From Dehalococcoidia bacterium (GTDB lineage: Bacteria > Chloroflexota > Dehalococcoidia > Lucifugimonadales > UBA3495): DNA of 64,000 nt. Shown piece by piece: positions 41,980 to 50,110 of the stretch. A program made the translations under genes and the position numbers. The stretch is taken from contig CBDCPM010000001.1 in the NCBI GenBank assembly GCA_965220265.1, positions 30,803-94,802 on the forward strand. The letters are read 5' to 3'. How positions within the stretch are numbered: the first letter of the stretch is position 1; each line of letters opens with the position of its first letter. The notes below the pieces were generated by a model. It saw only the letters and a list, made by a program, of their open reading frames with translations, ran no database searches and had not been told where the DNA came from.

Positions 41980-42597
41980 ATGCAACCTGAATATCTTTCC
42001 TCCTCCCACAACGGGAATGCCGCTAACGACCGGGCCACCGCTGCCCTGCTGGTTGGCGGCGGCGTCGACGGCGTGTCCGCCTTCGTCCTGCGCCACTGGC
42101 GTCCCGGGACCGACCCGCCGGAGCCGGTGTTCGTCACCTGGCTGCTGAAAATCGGTTGTTTCTGCCTGACGGTGAGATACGGTCGGTTCTCCTTGAAGCG
42201 CGGAGAGTGGTGCATCGACACCGGGTCGGGCCCCAGGATCACGCCGTCGCCGCTGGAGCAGGCTCAGGTGGAGGCGCTGTTGATCAGGGAGATCCTGCAG
42301 GAGCGGCTGAACCGTCCGCTGTCCGTTGCGTCGGCCCTGGCCCTCTTCGATATGGACCCCGACCGGCGCATCGAGCGCCTGGCGCGACGAAGCCGCGTTC
42401 CGCTGCTGTGGGACCTGGAAGGCTACACCGGGCGATTGGCCGATGCCGCGGCAAGAGCCGGGCTCCGCCAGCCACTGGAAAGATGGCAGGCCCTGGAGGA
42501 GATATCCGCCCTCATCGAGGGCGCCGCTCCCGTTGGCGCCGGCCCATTCCGTGACGACATCAAAAGCAGCGCATCAAAGGAGCGCCACCAACCATGA
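41980..42597 (+). CDS. NERD-like paralogue 1 (nuclease motif degenerate)
   Basis: 205 aa, with the ATG after AGGAGcagaacca. It is colinear with the next gene product: GCFCLTVRYGRFSLKRGEWCIDTGSGPRITPSPLEQAQVEA...ALFDMDPDRRIERLARRSRVPLLW. Confidence 0.5.
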   Translation: MQPEYLSSSHNGNAANDRATAALLVGGGVDGVSAFVLRHWRPGTDPPEPVFVTWLLKIGCFCLTVRYGRFSLKRGEWCIDTGSGPRITPSPLEQAQVEALLIREILQERLNRPLSVASALALFDMDPDRRIERLARRSRVPLLWDLEGYTGRLADAAARAGLRQPLERWQALEEISALIEGAAPVGAGPFRDDIKSSASKERHQP

Positions 42598-43334
42598 GAA
42601 TGTATCCGAGAGAGTTTCCGGCCGGCCGTCGCAAGAAGCCGAAGCGGCAGGCGGAAAGACGCGTCTACGAAGCCCTGGCTGGAAGCGACCGCCAGGGCTT
42701 TATCTATTACGAGTGGCGCCAGGGATATGAGCACATCGAGCTGGACTTCGCCGTGTGGGTCAAGGGCCTGGGGCGCTTCGCCCTGCAACTGAAAGGCGGT
42801 CAGTATCTCATCGTCGACGGTGAGTGGCACTTGAAGACCAGGGCCGGCGTCCAGCCGATCGCCGCCTCCCCGTTGGACGAGGCCTGGCTGGCCATGCTGG
42901 ACCTGCACGACGACATCAAGGAACTGGCGGAGACCACTTACAACCCCTTCGTGATCCCGGTGCTGGTGTTCCCCGACATGGAGCCCGACGAGGCCATCGA
43001 GAAGCTGGCGCGCCGGAAGGGGGTTTACCTGGTCTGGCGCACCGAGGACCTCATGGCGGACCTGATCGCCATCGTCCGAAGCCGGGGAGTGACCGACGCG
43101 TTGACGATGGACCGCATTGCCCGCGAGGTGGCGGCCGTCACGGACGGCCTGATCCAGCTGGATGTGCCGGCAGGAGAGAAGACTCGTGCCGAAATCGAGA
43201 GGCCAAGCACCCTGTCCCTGTCGGTGGGCGGTCGCAACGTCCTGCGAGTCAGCGCCGGGGAGATGCACCTGCGGGTTCGGACCATCATCGGCATTGGGAC
43301 GCCGCAAAAGGGGAGCGCCGGACGCCGGCGTTGA
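42594..43334 (+). CDS. NERD-domain protein (paralogue 2, nuclease motif retained)
   Basis: 246 aa. AERRVYEALAG...YEHIELDFAVWVKGLGRFALQLKGGQY fits the NERD pattern (E..v...L.....E.DfvV....g...ieVKgg). Its start overlaps the paralogue-1 stop (ATGA at 42594-42597). Confidence 0.65.
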   Translation: MRMYPREFPAGRRKKPKRQAERRVYEALAGSDRQGFIYYEWRQGYEHIELDFAVWVKGLGRFALQLKGGQYLIVDGEWHLKTRAGVQPIAASPLDEAWLAMLDLHDDIKELAETTYNPFVIPVLVFPDMEPDEAIEKLARRKGVYLVWRTEDLMADLIAIVRSRGVTDALTMDRIAREVAAVTDGLIQLDVPAGEKTRAEIERPSTLSLSVGGRNVLRVSAGEMHLRVRTIIGIGTPQKGSAGRRR

Positions 43335-43359
43335 GGGCTGTGTCCCCGTGGTCGATCAA

Positions 43360-43407
43360 GCAGAGAGCGCCGGTGGGGACCCGTTCCACCGGCGCTCTCT
43401 GCTTTGG
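43360..43407 (+). terminator. Intrinsic terminator or attenuator hairpin
   Basis: A perfect 17-bp stem, GCAGAGAGCGCCGGTGG (43360-43376) with CCACCGGCGCTCTCTGC (43386-43402). The loop is 9 nt, and TTTGG follows. Confidence 0.6.
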
Positions 43408-43481
43408 CATCGCGGCGAGCCCGCCACTTTTCACATCCCCAATTCCAATCCAATCGATAGATCAATCAGGAGAACAGCAAC

Positions 43482-45257
43482 ATGAACCACGACACCGCGG
43501 GCGTTGGGCCCGCCATTCTTGACCGGCACCCGGGGCTGGACGAGGGCCAGCGGGAGCTCATCGGGCGCTTGGAAGGCCCGACTTTGGGCATCGCCGGTCC
43601 CGGCTCGGGCAAGACCCTGGCGGTGGCGCTCCGGGGCGCCAACATCCTGCTGCAGGGCAAGGCCAGGCCCGAGGAGCTGGTGCTGTGCACCTACTCGCGG
43701 GCTGCGGCACGGGAGCTTCGCCAGCGTTTCATCAGGCTGACCAGCGCCGCCGGCTGCACAGGAGACCTGACCAAGGTGCGCATCGGCACCATCCACGGCC
43801 TGTGTGGCCGGATCCTGCGCTCCCACGCTCACCGCGCCGGTCTCCGGTCTGACTTCAAGGTGCTCAACGAGGACGAGCAGTGGCATCTCCTGATGCAGCA
43901 CTACGACGATGTATTCGGTTCCGACCTGCACGTTCTGGAGGGGGAGGGCTGGCGCTGGAAAGAGCCGCATCTGGTGATCCGGCACGGCTGCAAATATTTC
44001 GAGCGGATCTGCGACGAGCTCATCGCCCCTGATGAACTGATCGATTCCGGCGACCCATTCCACGCCGCCCTGGGCCGGTGCTATCTCCGCTACCGGGACC
44101 TGCTCCTCGATGAGGGGCGGGCGGACTTCGATCACCTGCAGCGGTGGGCCGCGGAGCTCCTGGAGGACGACCGCATCGCGGACCCCATCGCAGACGGCAC
44201 CAGGTATCTGATCTGCGACGAGTACCAGGACACGAGCGCCGTCCAGGAGCGCCTGCTGCTGCGGCTGTCCCGCAGCCACGGCAACATCTGCGTGGTGGGG
44301 GATGACGACCAGGCAATCTACCGTTTCCGCGGCGCCAGCGTGAGGAGCCTCCTGGAGTTTCCCGACCGCTTCGCCAACTGCCACACCGTGGAGCTGGGCG
44401 TCAACTACCGCAGCCATCCGGACATCGTGCGCTTTTACGACGGGTGGATGGCCACCGCCGCCGACTGGTCCAGTCCCGATGCGGGCGGTCGGCCCTTCCG
44501 CTACCCCAAGTCCATCACGCCCCACGACACCGGCGCGCATCGGGAGTATCCGGCGGTCATAGCCGTGGAGGGCCGGAGCGCCGGGAACGAGCGGAGACAG
44601 CTGGTGGAGTTGGTGGAGTTCCTGAAGGGCCGCGGGGTCATCGCCCGGTACGACCAGGTGGCGTTGCTGCTGCACTCGGTGCAAGGAGCCTCGGCCGTCG
44701 GCTACCTGGACGCCCTGGAAGGCGCGGGGATAGCGGTGAACCGCGCGCCTTCCGGAACCGGGAGACGCCGACGCGCCGGTTCCCGCCGGGGTCTCACCGT
44801 CACCACCATCCACCAGGCCAAGGGCCGGGAATGGGACGTGGTGATCGTGGGCTCACTGAACTTCGACAACCCCGACGTGGATCCGGTGGGCCGGGAGCTC
44901 GCGCCCTACGTGCGGAGGCCCGCCTTCGAGCCGGCCGACCGCATCGCGGAGTTCGACCACGCCCGCCAGCACTACGTGGCCTTCTCCCGGCCGCGGAGTC
45001 TGCTGGTGCTGACTGCCAGCGGCCGTGTGCATCCTCGTTTTGAAGACGCCTGGGAGCGCCTGCCCCGCTGGGACCGGATGGACCGCCGGGCGCTGGCCCG
45101 CCAGCGGTTTCGGCCGCCGGAGTCATCCGTTGATGAGGAGCGTGCCCAGAGACCGGTGCGGGTCATCCCATACCTGAGGCGGCTGGATGTGTGGCTTGGA
45201 CGCGCTGCTGCTGCAACCGGTGCGATGCCGCAGAGGCGGAAAGACCGCCGCTCGTAG
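43482..45257 (+). CDS. UvrD/Rep-type SF1 helicase (short form, 591 aa)
   Basis: Motif I is IAGPGSGKTLA. It also contains ICDEYQDTS, VVGDDDQAIYRFRGA, VNYRSHPDIV and TIHQAKGREWDVVIV. The ATG follows AGGAGaacagcaac. Confidence 0.9.
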   Translation: MNHDTAGVGPAILDRHPGLDEGQRELIGRLEGPTLGIAGPGSGKTLAVALRGANILLQGKARPEELVLCTYSRAAARELRQRFIRLTSAAGCTGDLTKVRIGTIHGLCGRILRSHAHRAGLRSDFKVLNEDEQWHLLMQHYDDVFGSDLHVLEGEGWRWKEPHLVIRHGCKYFERICDELIAPDELIDSGDPFHAALGRCYLRYRDLLLDEGRADFDHLQRWAAELLEDDRIADPIADGTRYLICDEYQDTSAVQERLLLRLSRSHGNICVVGDDDQAIYRFRGASVRSLLEFPDRFANCHTVELGVNYRSHPDIVRFYDGWMATAADWSSPDAGGRPFRYPKSITPHDTGAHREYPAVIAVEGRSAGNERRQLVELVEFLKGRGVIARYDQVALLLHSVQGASAVGYLDALEGAGIAVNRAPSGTGRRRRAGSRRGLTVTTIHQAKGREWDVVIVGSLNFDNPDVDPVGRELAPYVRRPAFEPADRIAEFDHARQHYVAFSRPRSLLVLTASGRVHPRFEDAWERLPRWDRMDRRALARQRFRPPESSVDEERAQRPVRVIPYLRRLDVWLGRAAAATGAMPQRRKDRRS

Positions 45258-45332
45258 TCCTGACGGCCAATGACGACCTGGACGGCGACGAGAACGTCGC
45301 CGCGACCCTGCTGCAAGGAGGTGAACAACATC

Positions 45333-45455
45333 ATGCACACTGAGAACGGCGTCACTGCTAGGGCGAGGGCTCCGCCTGTCCGATATGCGTGGTGCGCCGC
45401 ATGGACCCGTCGGCACACCGGCGGTCCGGTTGCATCCCCAACCTCACCTGGGTAG
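45333..45455 (+). CDS. Candidate 40-codon small ORF or leader peptide
   Basis: The ATG at 45333 lies 8 nt after AAGGAGGTGA, a near-perfect SD, in an otherwise gene-free gap. The peptide is MHTENGVTARARAPPVRYAWCAAWTRRHTGGPVASPTSPG. A terminator-like hairpin follows. The composition is not clearly protein-like. Confidence 0.3.
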   Translation: MHTENGVTARARAPPVRYAWCAAWTRRHTGGPVASPTSPG

Positions 45456-45502
45456 AGCCATGCCCAGAAACAATCCACCGCGCTCGTATGTTCCACTGAC
45501 GT

Positions 45503-45540
45503 GGGCCGGCCTGGGACACATCCCGGGTCGGCCCGTTTTC
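45503..45540 (+). terminator. Intrinsic terminator or attenuator hairpin
   Basis: GGGCCGGCCTGGG (45503-45515) pairs with CCCGGGTCGGCCC (45522-45534) over 13 bp, including two G-U wobbles. The loop is ACACAT, and GTTTTC follows. Confidence 0.5.
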
Positions 45541-45596
45541 ATGTCTGAGCCACCGGCGCGATCGACAACACCAAATCTCAAAAGAGGTAACAACAG

Positions 45597-46301
45597 ATGA
45601 AAGTCGTAAACAACGACGACGACAACAACCGACCCCTGACCCTGGCCGAGATGGAGGCCTGCCAGCAGTTCGAGGCAAGCAACCGGGAGGGCCAGGCCCT
45701 GTTCCACCCCCAGGTGGCCGCCGGCCAGCCCGTCCCGAACTGCGTCGCCCTCTTCGAGGAGGTCGGCCGCTTCGCCGTAACCATCCCGAAAGGCCGGTGC
45801 TCCGTAGAGGACGGGCAGTGGTTCCGCCACGATGCCGACGGCGCTGTGGCGGCGGTCGACAACCCCCTGGAGGGCGCCTGGCAGGCCGCCAAGGCGGTCC
45901 GCGCCGAGATCAAGCGCGAGCTGGACCTCAACACCTACGTCATCGCGGTGTTGTGGTTCCCCGACATGGAGGAGGACGAGGACATCCTGGAAGAAGCCGA
46001 AGGGCGCAGCGTACACCTGATCTTCGGCGAGGTTGACCTGGTCCAGCGGCTGGTCAGTCTACCCAAGGACGATGAGCTGCAGACGCACCTCAGCCGCCGG
46101 TACATCAAGCAGGAGGTGGCGGCGTTGAGTCGCCCCTCTGCCGAGGTGTCGCCGGAACCGGCCGAGGACTCCTCACCCGCAGTGAGGGGGCGGGTCGGCG
46201 CGTTGGTCCTGGAGCGGGTGGAAACCGTAAACGTCTACATCACCATCGTGTATGGCGATATGGGAGACGATCCCCCGCTGATCACCGTGCGGAGCCAGTA
46301 G
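45597..46301 (+). CDS. NERD-like paralogue 3 (nuclease motif degenerate)
   Basis: 234 aa, with the ATG after AGAGGtaacaacag. GRFAVTIPKGRCSVEDGQWFRHDADGAVAAVDNPLEGAWQAAKAV...YVIAVLWFPDMEEDEDILEEAEGRSVHLIF is colinear with paralogues 1 and 2. Confidence 0.55.
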   Translation: MKVVNNDDDNNRPLTLAEMEACQQFEASNREGQALFHPQVAAGQPVPNCVALFEEVGRFAVTIPKGRCSVEDGQWFRHDADGAVAAVDNPLEGAWQAAKAVRAEIKRELDLNTYVIAVLWFPDMEEDEDILEEAEGRSVHLIFGEVDLVQRLVSLPKDDELQTHLSRRYIKQEVAALSRPSAEVSPEPAEDSSPAVRGRVGALVLERVETVNVYITIVYGDMGDDPPLITVRSQ

Positions 46302-46392
46302 GCTCAAAGGGGCGCCCGGGCGTTGCTTTCCGCTTTGCCCGGGCGCGTGCGGCGCATCATTCGCTGCTTACGTGCTAGGATGTAACTACGTA

Positions 46393-46414
46393 TTTGCAAT
46401 TACTATTTTGCAAT
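46393..46414 (+). promoter_or_regulatory. Direct-repeat operator overlapping a -10-like box upstream of brnT
   Basis: TTTGCAAT occurs at 46393-46400 and 46407-46414, followed by GATAAT. A 10-bp perfect GC hairpin (GCGCCCGGGC...GCCCGGGCGC) lies just upstream, at roughly 46311-46345. Confidence 0.4.
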
Positions 46415-46433
46415 GATAATAAGGCAGGCCTCG

Positions 46434-46736
46434 GTGCAGTGGACTTGGGACCCGGAAAAGAACGATGAGAACCGGCGCAAACATCACATCTCATTTGAGA
46501 TGGCCAGGCTGGTGTTCGACGACCCGCTGTATGTGTCGGTTGAGGATCCCTACGAAGACGAACCCAGATCGCGCACCTTCGGCATGGTTGAAGAGGTGCT
46601 CATCTTAGTGATTCACACCTGGCCGGAAATAGGCTTGGACGAGCGTAAATATCCGGGACGGATCATCAGCGCTCGGAGGGCCACCGTCCGTGAGAAGGGG
46701 GAATATGAAGAAAGGAGACGCTGGTCTGACCGATGA
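46434..46736 (+). CDS. brnT: BrnT (DUF497) ribonuclease toxin
   Basis: VQWTWDPEKNDENRRKHHISFEMARLVFDDP...GRIISARRATVREKGEYEE matches BrnT (f.WD..K...N..KHgvsFeeA..vF.D...riISaR.At..E...Y). I prefer the GTG at 46434 after AAGGCAGG over the ATG at 46413, which sits inside the promoter. Confidence 0.85.
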   Translation: MQWTWDPEKNDENRRKHHISFEMARLVFDDPLYVSVEDPYEDEPRSRTFGMVEEVLILVIHTWPEIGLDERKYPGRIISARRATVREKGEYEERRRWSDR

Positions 46737-47115
46737 GCAACGCGCCGAGCTGGCGGCGTTGGCCGAGCTTCCGGAAGACCAGATTGACACGACGGATATC
46801 CCCGAGGTTTTGGACTGGACCCACGCCCGCCGCGCTGACCTTTACCGGCCGATCAAACAGCAGGTCACCCTGCGGTTGGATGCGGATATTCTGGCCTGGT
46901 TCAAGGAACGCGCTCCGGGCGGTCGTGGCTATCAGACCGATATCAACAGAGCCTTGAGAGAGCACATCAGTCGTTCTAGTGGAACCGACGCATCCACGTG
47001 CTTGCCCGGCAACAACGATGTATTGGCAGCTCTCAAGGATGGTGAGATCACAGTTTCGCAGGCCGGTCGGAAAATCCGGGAGTCTCGTGCTGAGGCGCGG
47101 GATAATGACGTCTGA
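46705..47115 (+). CDS. brnA: BrnA antitoxin
   Basis: DIPEVLDWTHARRADLYRPIKQQVTLRLDADILAWFKERAPGGRGYQTDINRALREHI is the BrnA signature. The ATG at 46705 follows AGGGGGaat and overlaps the brnT end. Confidence 0.8.
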   Translation: MKKGDAGLTDEQRAELAALAELPEDQIDTTDIPEVLDWTHARRADLYRPIKQQVTLRLDADILAWFKERAPGGRGYQTDINRALREHISRSSGTDASTCLPGNNDVLAALKDGEITVSQAGRKIRESRAEARDNDV

Positions 47116-47504
47116 GGATCAGAGGTTCGCTCGAGTCTGGTGGGCGATGGCATCCTCAACCTCGCCACTCCATGTGGGGCGACGTTCCGCCAGGCGATTT
47201 CCTGGGTGGGCCCAAAGGGCCGTTCCAGCTCGTGCAGGGGCACTATCCCGGTTCATGCGCTATCAGCTCAATGAATTCGTAAACCAGCGATTTCCCGTCG
47301 TGCAGGGCGCTGGTGGACAGCAGCCCGCCCGCGGCGGATGACTCCTCGCATCTCCATCTGGGGAACTTCCCGGTACGCCATCGCAACACTGTCAGTTTCG
47401 AAGTGCAGCAATGGTCGCCCATCTGGCTCCCAAGGTGGTCAAATATCCTGAGAATCTTCGCGGTTCCCCCGGTCAAAGTCGGCAAAAAATGGCTTTTAGG
47501 CCCC

Positions 47505-47717
47505 TTACCAAGGCCATGGCCTCATCAATCCCCATTCGGTGACTCTGCCGGCATTGTCCCGCCAGGCCGGTGTGACATAGATGCCCACCAACCACCGTTG
47601 GATTGCGTATCGGATGCGGGTGGGAGCCACGGCCAACTCTTCCGCCAACTGGGGCACCGACCGTGGGCCATGGCTCAGGCAGCGCCCGATTTGATGGCAC
47701 AGGTGGTCATACCCCAT
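47505..47717 (-). CDS. Small HTH protein coupled to the recombinase (possible excision or regulatory factor)
   Basis: 70 aa. GPRSVPQLAEELAVAPTRIRYAIQRW looks like a helix-turn-helix. Its ATG overlaps the recombinase stop (TGATG at 47715-47719). Confidence 0.4.
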   Translation of the reverse strand: MGYDHLCHQIGRCLSHGPRSVPQLAEELAVAPTRIRYAIQRWLVGIYVTPAWRDNAGRVTEWGLMRPWPW

Positions 47718-48742
47718 CAGGCCTTCTTCTTCCGCTTGCGGGAATACAACTGGGCGACGACGCTGCGGCCGGCGAACTGTGCCCCGACGTAACGGGCCAC
47801 CGTCTGGGATGACTTCCAGCGGCCCACGGCCTGGAGCTGGGGCATGGTGGCGCCGGCTTCCGCCAGGTCGACGGCCATGCCGACCCGGCAGCTGTGGCCG
47901 CTGTAGCCTTCCCCCAGACCGGCGGCCACCGCGGCGGCGGCGATGCGTTCGCTGATGGTGGCCGGCTTCAGGTCGAACACCTTCTCTTCGCCCTCGTCCT
48001 TTTCCTCCCCGGGCAGCAGCTGTTGCCTGGGTCGGATCCGGTCCACCGCCTTCATGGTGGGCGGTCCCAGGTAGAGCACCACGCCCTCGCCCTCCTGGTC
48101 GGTCTTGGACCAGGGTATGGTCAACCGGCCGGACCCGTCCGGCTCGGTGACGATGTGTTTCCAGAGGATTTCGGCGGCCTCGGAGCGGCGCAGCAGGGCG
48201 TCGCGCATCACCGAGATCAGGGCGATGTCCACCAGGCCGCGGCGTCGGGCGTTGCGGGAATGCTCCATTCCGCGCTCGGTCTTTCGTGGGTTGCGGGCGG
48301 TTTCCCGGATCTTCTCGAGGTCTTCACCGGTGAGGGGTTTGGCGCGTTTTTCGCGTTGGCCCGCTTCCTTGGCGCGGTTGACGAACCCCTTGATGACCAT
48401 GGCCACCCTATCTTTGCAGGGGCTGTCGTATTTCGCGGACCGGTGCTCGGCGGCGATGCTGGAGGCGTAGCCTCTGAGGGTGTTGGGTTTCTTGCCGACT
48501 AAACCCTGTGTGAAGATGAACACGGCCACGGTTTCCGGATCGGCCGGCAGGGATTGAAATCCCCTTGCCTGGCACCACTCTTCGAAGGTGTTCCATTGCT
48601 GGCCCTGCTGATAGCGGGTGGTTTTAGCCCGGCTTTCCTCGGCCACCTCGCTGACCAGTTTCTCCATCAGCTCCCGCACGTCCGGTAGGTTGGCGGGGGA
48701 TGGGGGAGCCTGGGGCTCTGGGGACAGTACGGGTGTGGTCAT
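47717..48742 (-). CDS. Tyrosine site-specific recombinase (Cre/phage-integrase family)
   Basis: 341 aa. It has an N-terminal SAM-like core-binding region (TTRYQQGQQWNTFEEWCQARGF), then LLRRSEAAEILWKHI, GYSGHSCRVGMAVDLAEAG (HxxR) and GRWKSSQTVARYVG (catalytic Tyr). Confidence 0.9.
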   Translation of the reverse strand: MTTPVLSPEPQAPPSPANLPDVRELMEKLVSEVAEESRAKTTRYQQGQQWNTFEEWCQARGFQSLPADPETVAVFIFTQGLVGKKPNTLRGYASSIAAEHRSAKYDSPCKDRVAMVIKGFVNRAKEAGQREKRAKPLTGEDLEKIRETARNPRKTERGMEHSRNARRRGLVDIALISVMRDALLRRSEAAEILWKHIVTEPDGSGRLTIPWSKTDQEGEGVVLYLGPPTMKAVDRIRPRQQLLPGEEKDEGEEKVFDLKPATISERIAAAAVAAGLGEGYSGHSCRVGMAVDLAEAGATMPQLQAVGRWKSSQTVARYVGAQFAGRSVVAQLYSRKRKKKA

Positions 48743-48929
48743 TTTGTTTTCCTTCGGGATTAATAACTAAAACTTACATTATGATTCTTGACTATACATA
48801 ATCTTTCTGATAAAATCAAGATTAGTATAAAACTAAGTATGATCAGCAGTTAAAAACTAATAAATTTAGTGTTTCCTGGTGCAGGGCTGCCGCTGGACCC
48901 CATTGTCCCAGGTTCGCCATTGTCCCAGG
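48743..48929. promoter_or_regulatory. AT-rich (about 25% GC) divergent control region with repeated motifs
   Basis: It contains TTGACT-N17-TAAAAT. Three AAAACTAA-like repeats are present. AATCTT and AAGATT form an inverted pair. CCATTGTCCCAGG occurs twice (48900-48912 and 48917-48929). The region lies between the recombinase and the MTase-like gene. Confidence 0.5.
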
Positions 48930-49014
48930 ACACCGCATGATTTGGCTCAAACGTTCCCCACTTTCAGGGGCGCCTGGGATAACGCAATGTCCCGCCATGG
49001 GGTATAATGGGATA

Positions 49015-49980
49015 ATGCCGCTACCACGAAACCTCACCGACGACCAGGTGCGCTACGTCCGCACCTCGCTGAAATCCTCGGTCCAACTGGCCGACGAGCT
49101 GCCGGTGGACCGGAAGGCGATCGACCGGATCAGGCACCGGCAAACCTACAAGGATGTCCCCGATGCGCCGCCCACCGCCGATCCTCCCGCCGCCCTGCGT
49201 CGCAACGACTACGTGTTGGGCGACGCCCTCGAGCTGATGGCTGATCTGCCCGACGGATATGCGGAGACCGTGGTTGCCATGCCGCCCTTGTTCCGGCCGC
49301 CGCACGCGAGCCAGTCCCAGGTACGGCAGGCCAGGTCAAGCCATGTCGATCGCCAGAAGTCGATCATCCGGGAGGGCCGGCGCGTCGCCGGGCCCAACGG
49401 GGTGCTGCTCTACGTGCATCGTTACGACCTGACGGCTGACCTGCTGGACGTCGGTCCCGGCGGAATTCCGGAGTTCTCCCCGGAGCAGGTCATCGTCTGG
49501 GATACCTTGGCCAAAGAGGACCCGCCCTCTGCTTCCACGCGCCGGATCCCGGGGCAGCATCGCGCCATCTATGTCTTCGCCGGGGACCGCTGGCGCCTCC
49601 CGCTGGATATCAGGGACCAGGTCGGAGATTGGGGAGACCTGTGGCCCTTCAGAGCGCAACTCCGGGACGGTGACTTGCGGGAATTCCCTGAGGAACTGGC
49701 CGATCGCCTCATCGCCATGGGTCGCGGGCGGGTGCTGGACCCCTTCGCCGAGCTGGGCGCCATTGGACTGGCGGCGGCCAGGAAGAACCGGGAGTGGACC
49801 CTCTTCGGCAAGAGCGCGGTGGACCAGCACACGTTTCGTCGAAACCTGCAGGCGTTCTACCAGGAACGCGCTTTTCCAACAAAGACGGTGGTGCAATCCG
49901 TGCGTCCGCCTCCGCAGAGCAGGTCCACCGGCAAGGGGCGATCGCGGCCACCTGGGCCGGACCAGCGGATCTTGCTCTGA
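49015..49980 (+). CDS. N4/N6 DNA-methyltransferase-like protein with degenerate catalytic and SAM motifs and an N-terminal HTH
   Basis: The layout matches N6_N4_Mtase: LGDALELMADLPDGYAETVVAMPPLF (in place of D/SPPY/F) and EFPEELADRLIAMGRGRVLDPFAELGAIGLAAARKNREW (in place of DPF.GSGTT). TATAAT at 49003-49008 ends 6 nt before the ATG at 49015, so the mRNA may be leaderless. Alternative starts are 48937 and 48997. Confidence 0.6.
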   Translation: MPLPRNLTDDQVRYVRTSLKSSVQLADELPVDRKAIDRIRHRQTYKDVPDAPPTADPPAALRRNDYVLGDALELMADLPDGYAETVVAMPPLFRPPHASQSQVRQARSSHVDRQKSIIREGRRVAGPNGVLLYVHRYDLTADLLDVGPGGIPEFSPEQVIVWDTLAKEDPPSASTRRIPGQHRAIYVFAGDRWRLPLDIRDQVGDWGDLWPFRAQLRDGDLREFPEELADRLIAMGRGRVLDPFAELGAIGLAAARKNREWTLFGKSAVDQHTFRRNLQAFYQERAFPTKTVVQSVRPPPQSRSTGKGRSRPPGPDQRILL

Positions 49981-50110
49981 TGCCCCGCCTTCCGTGCAGT
50001 TGTCCTTCCGGCACGGCCGGAAGCCGGATCTTGGTAACCCTCCCCCATGGGATCTTGAGGCTTTTGACGCAGTAGGTACTAACTAACTATGATGGTTTCG
50101 GGAGGCCATC

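Noticed and set aside
43468-43481. An identical 14-mer, AGGAGAACAGCAAC, in front of both the helicase gene (43468-43481) and the DUF429 gene (56245-56258)
   Set aside because: Chance identity is unlikely, but it is only an SD plus spacer. The flanks do not align, so I treat it as a coincidental or convergent ribosome-binding context rather than a repeat element.
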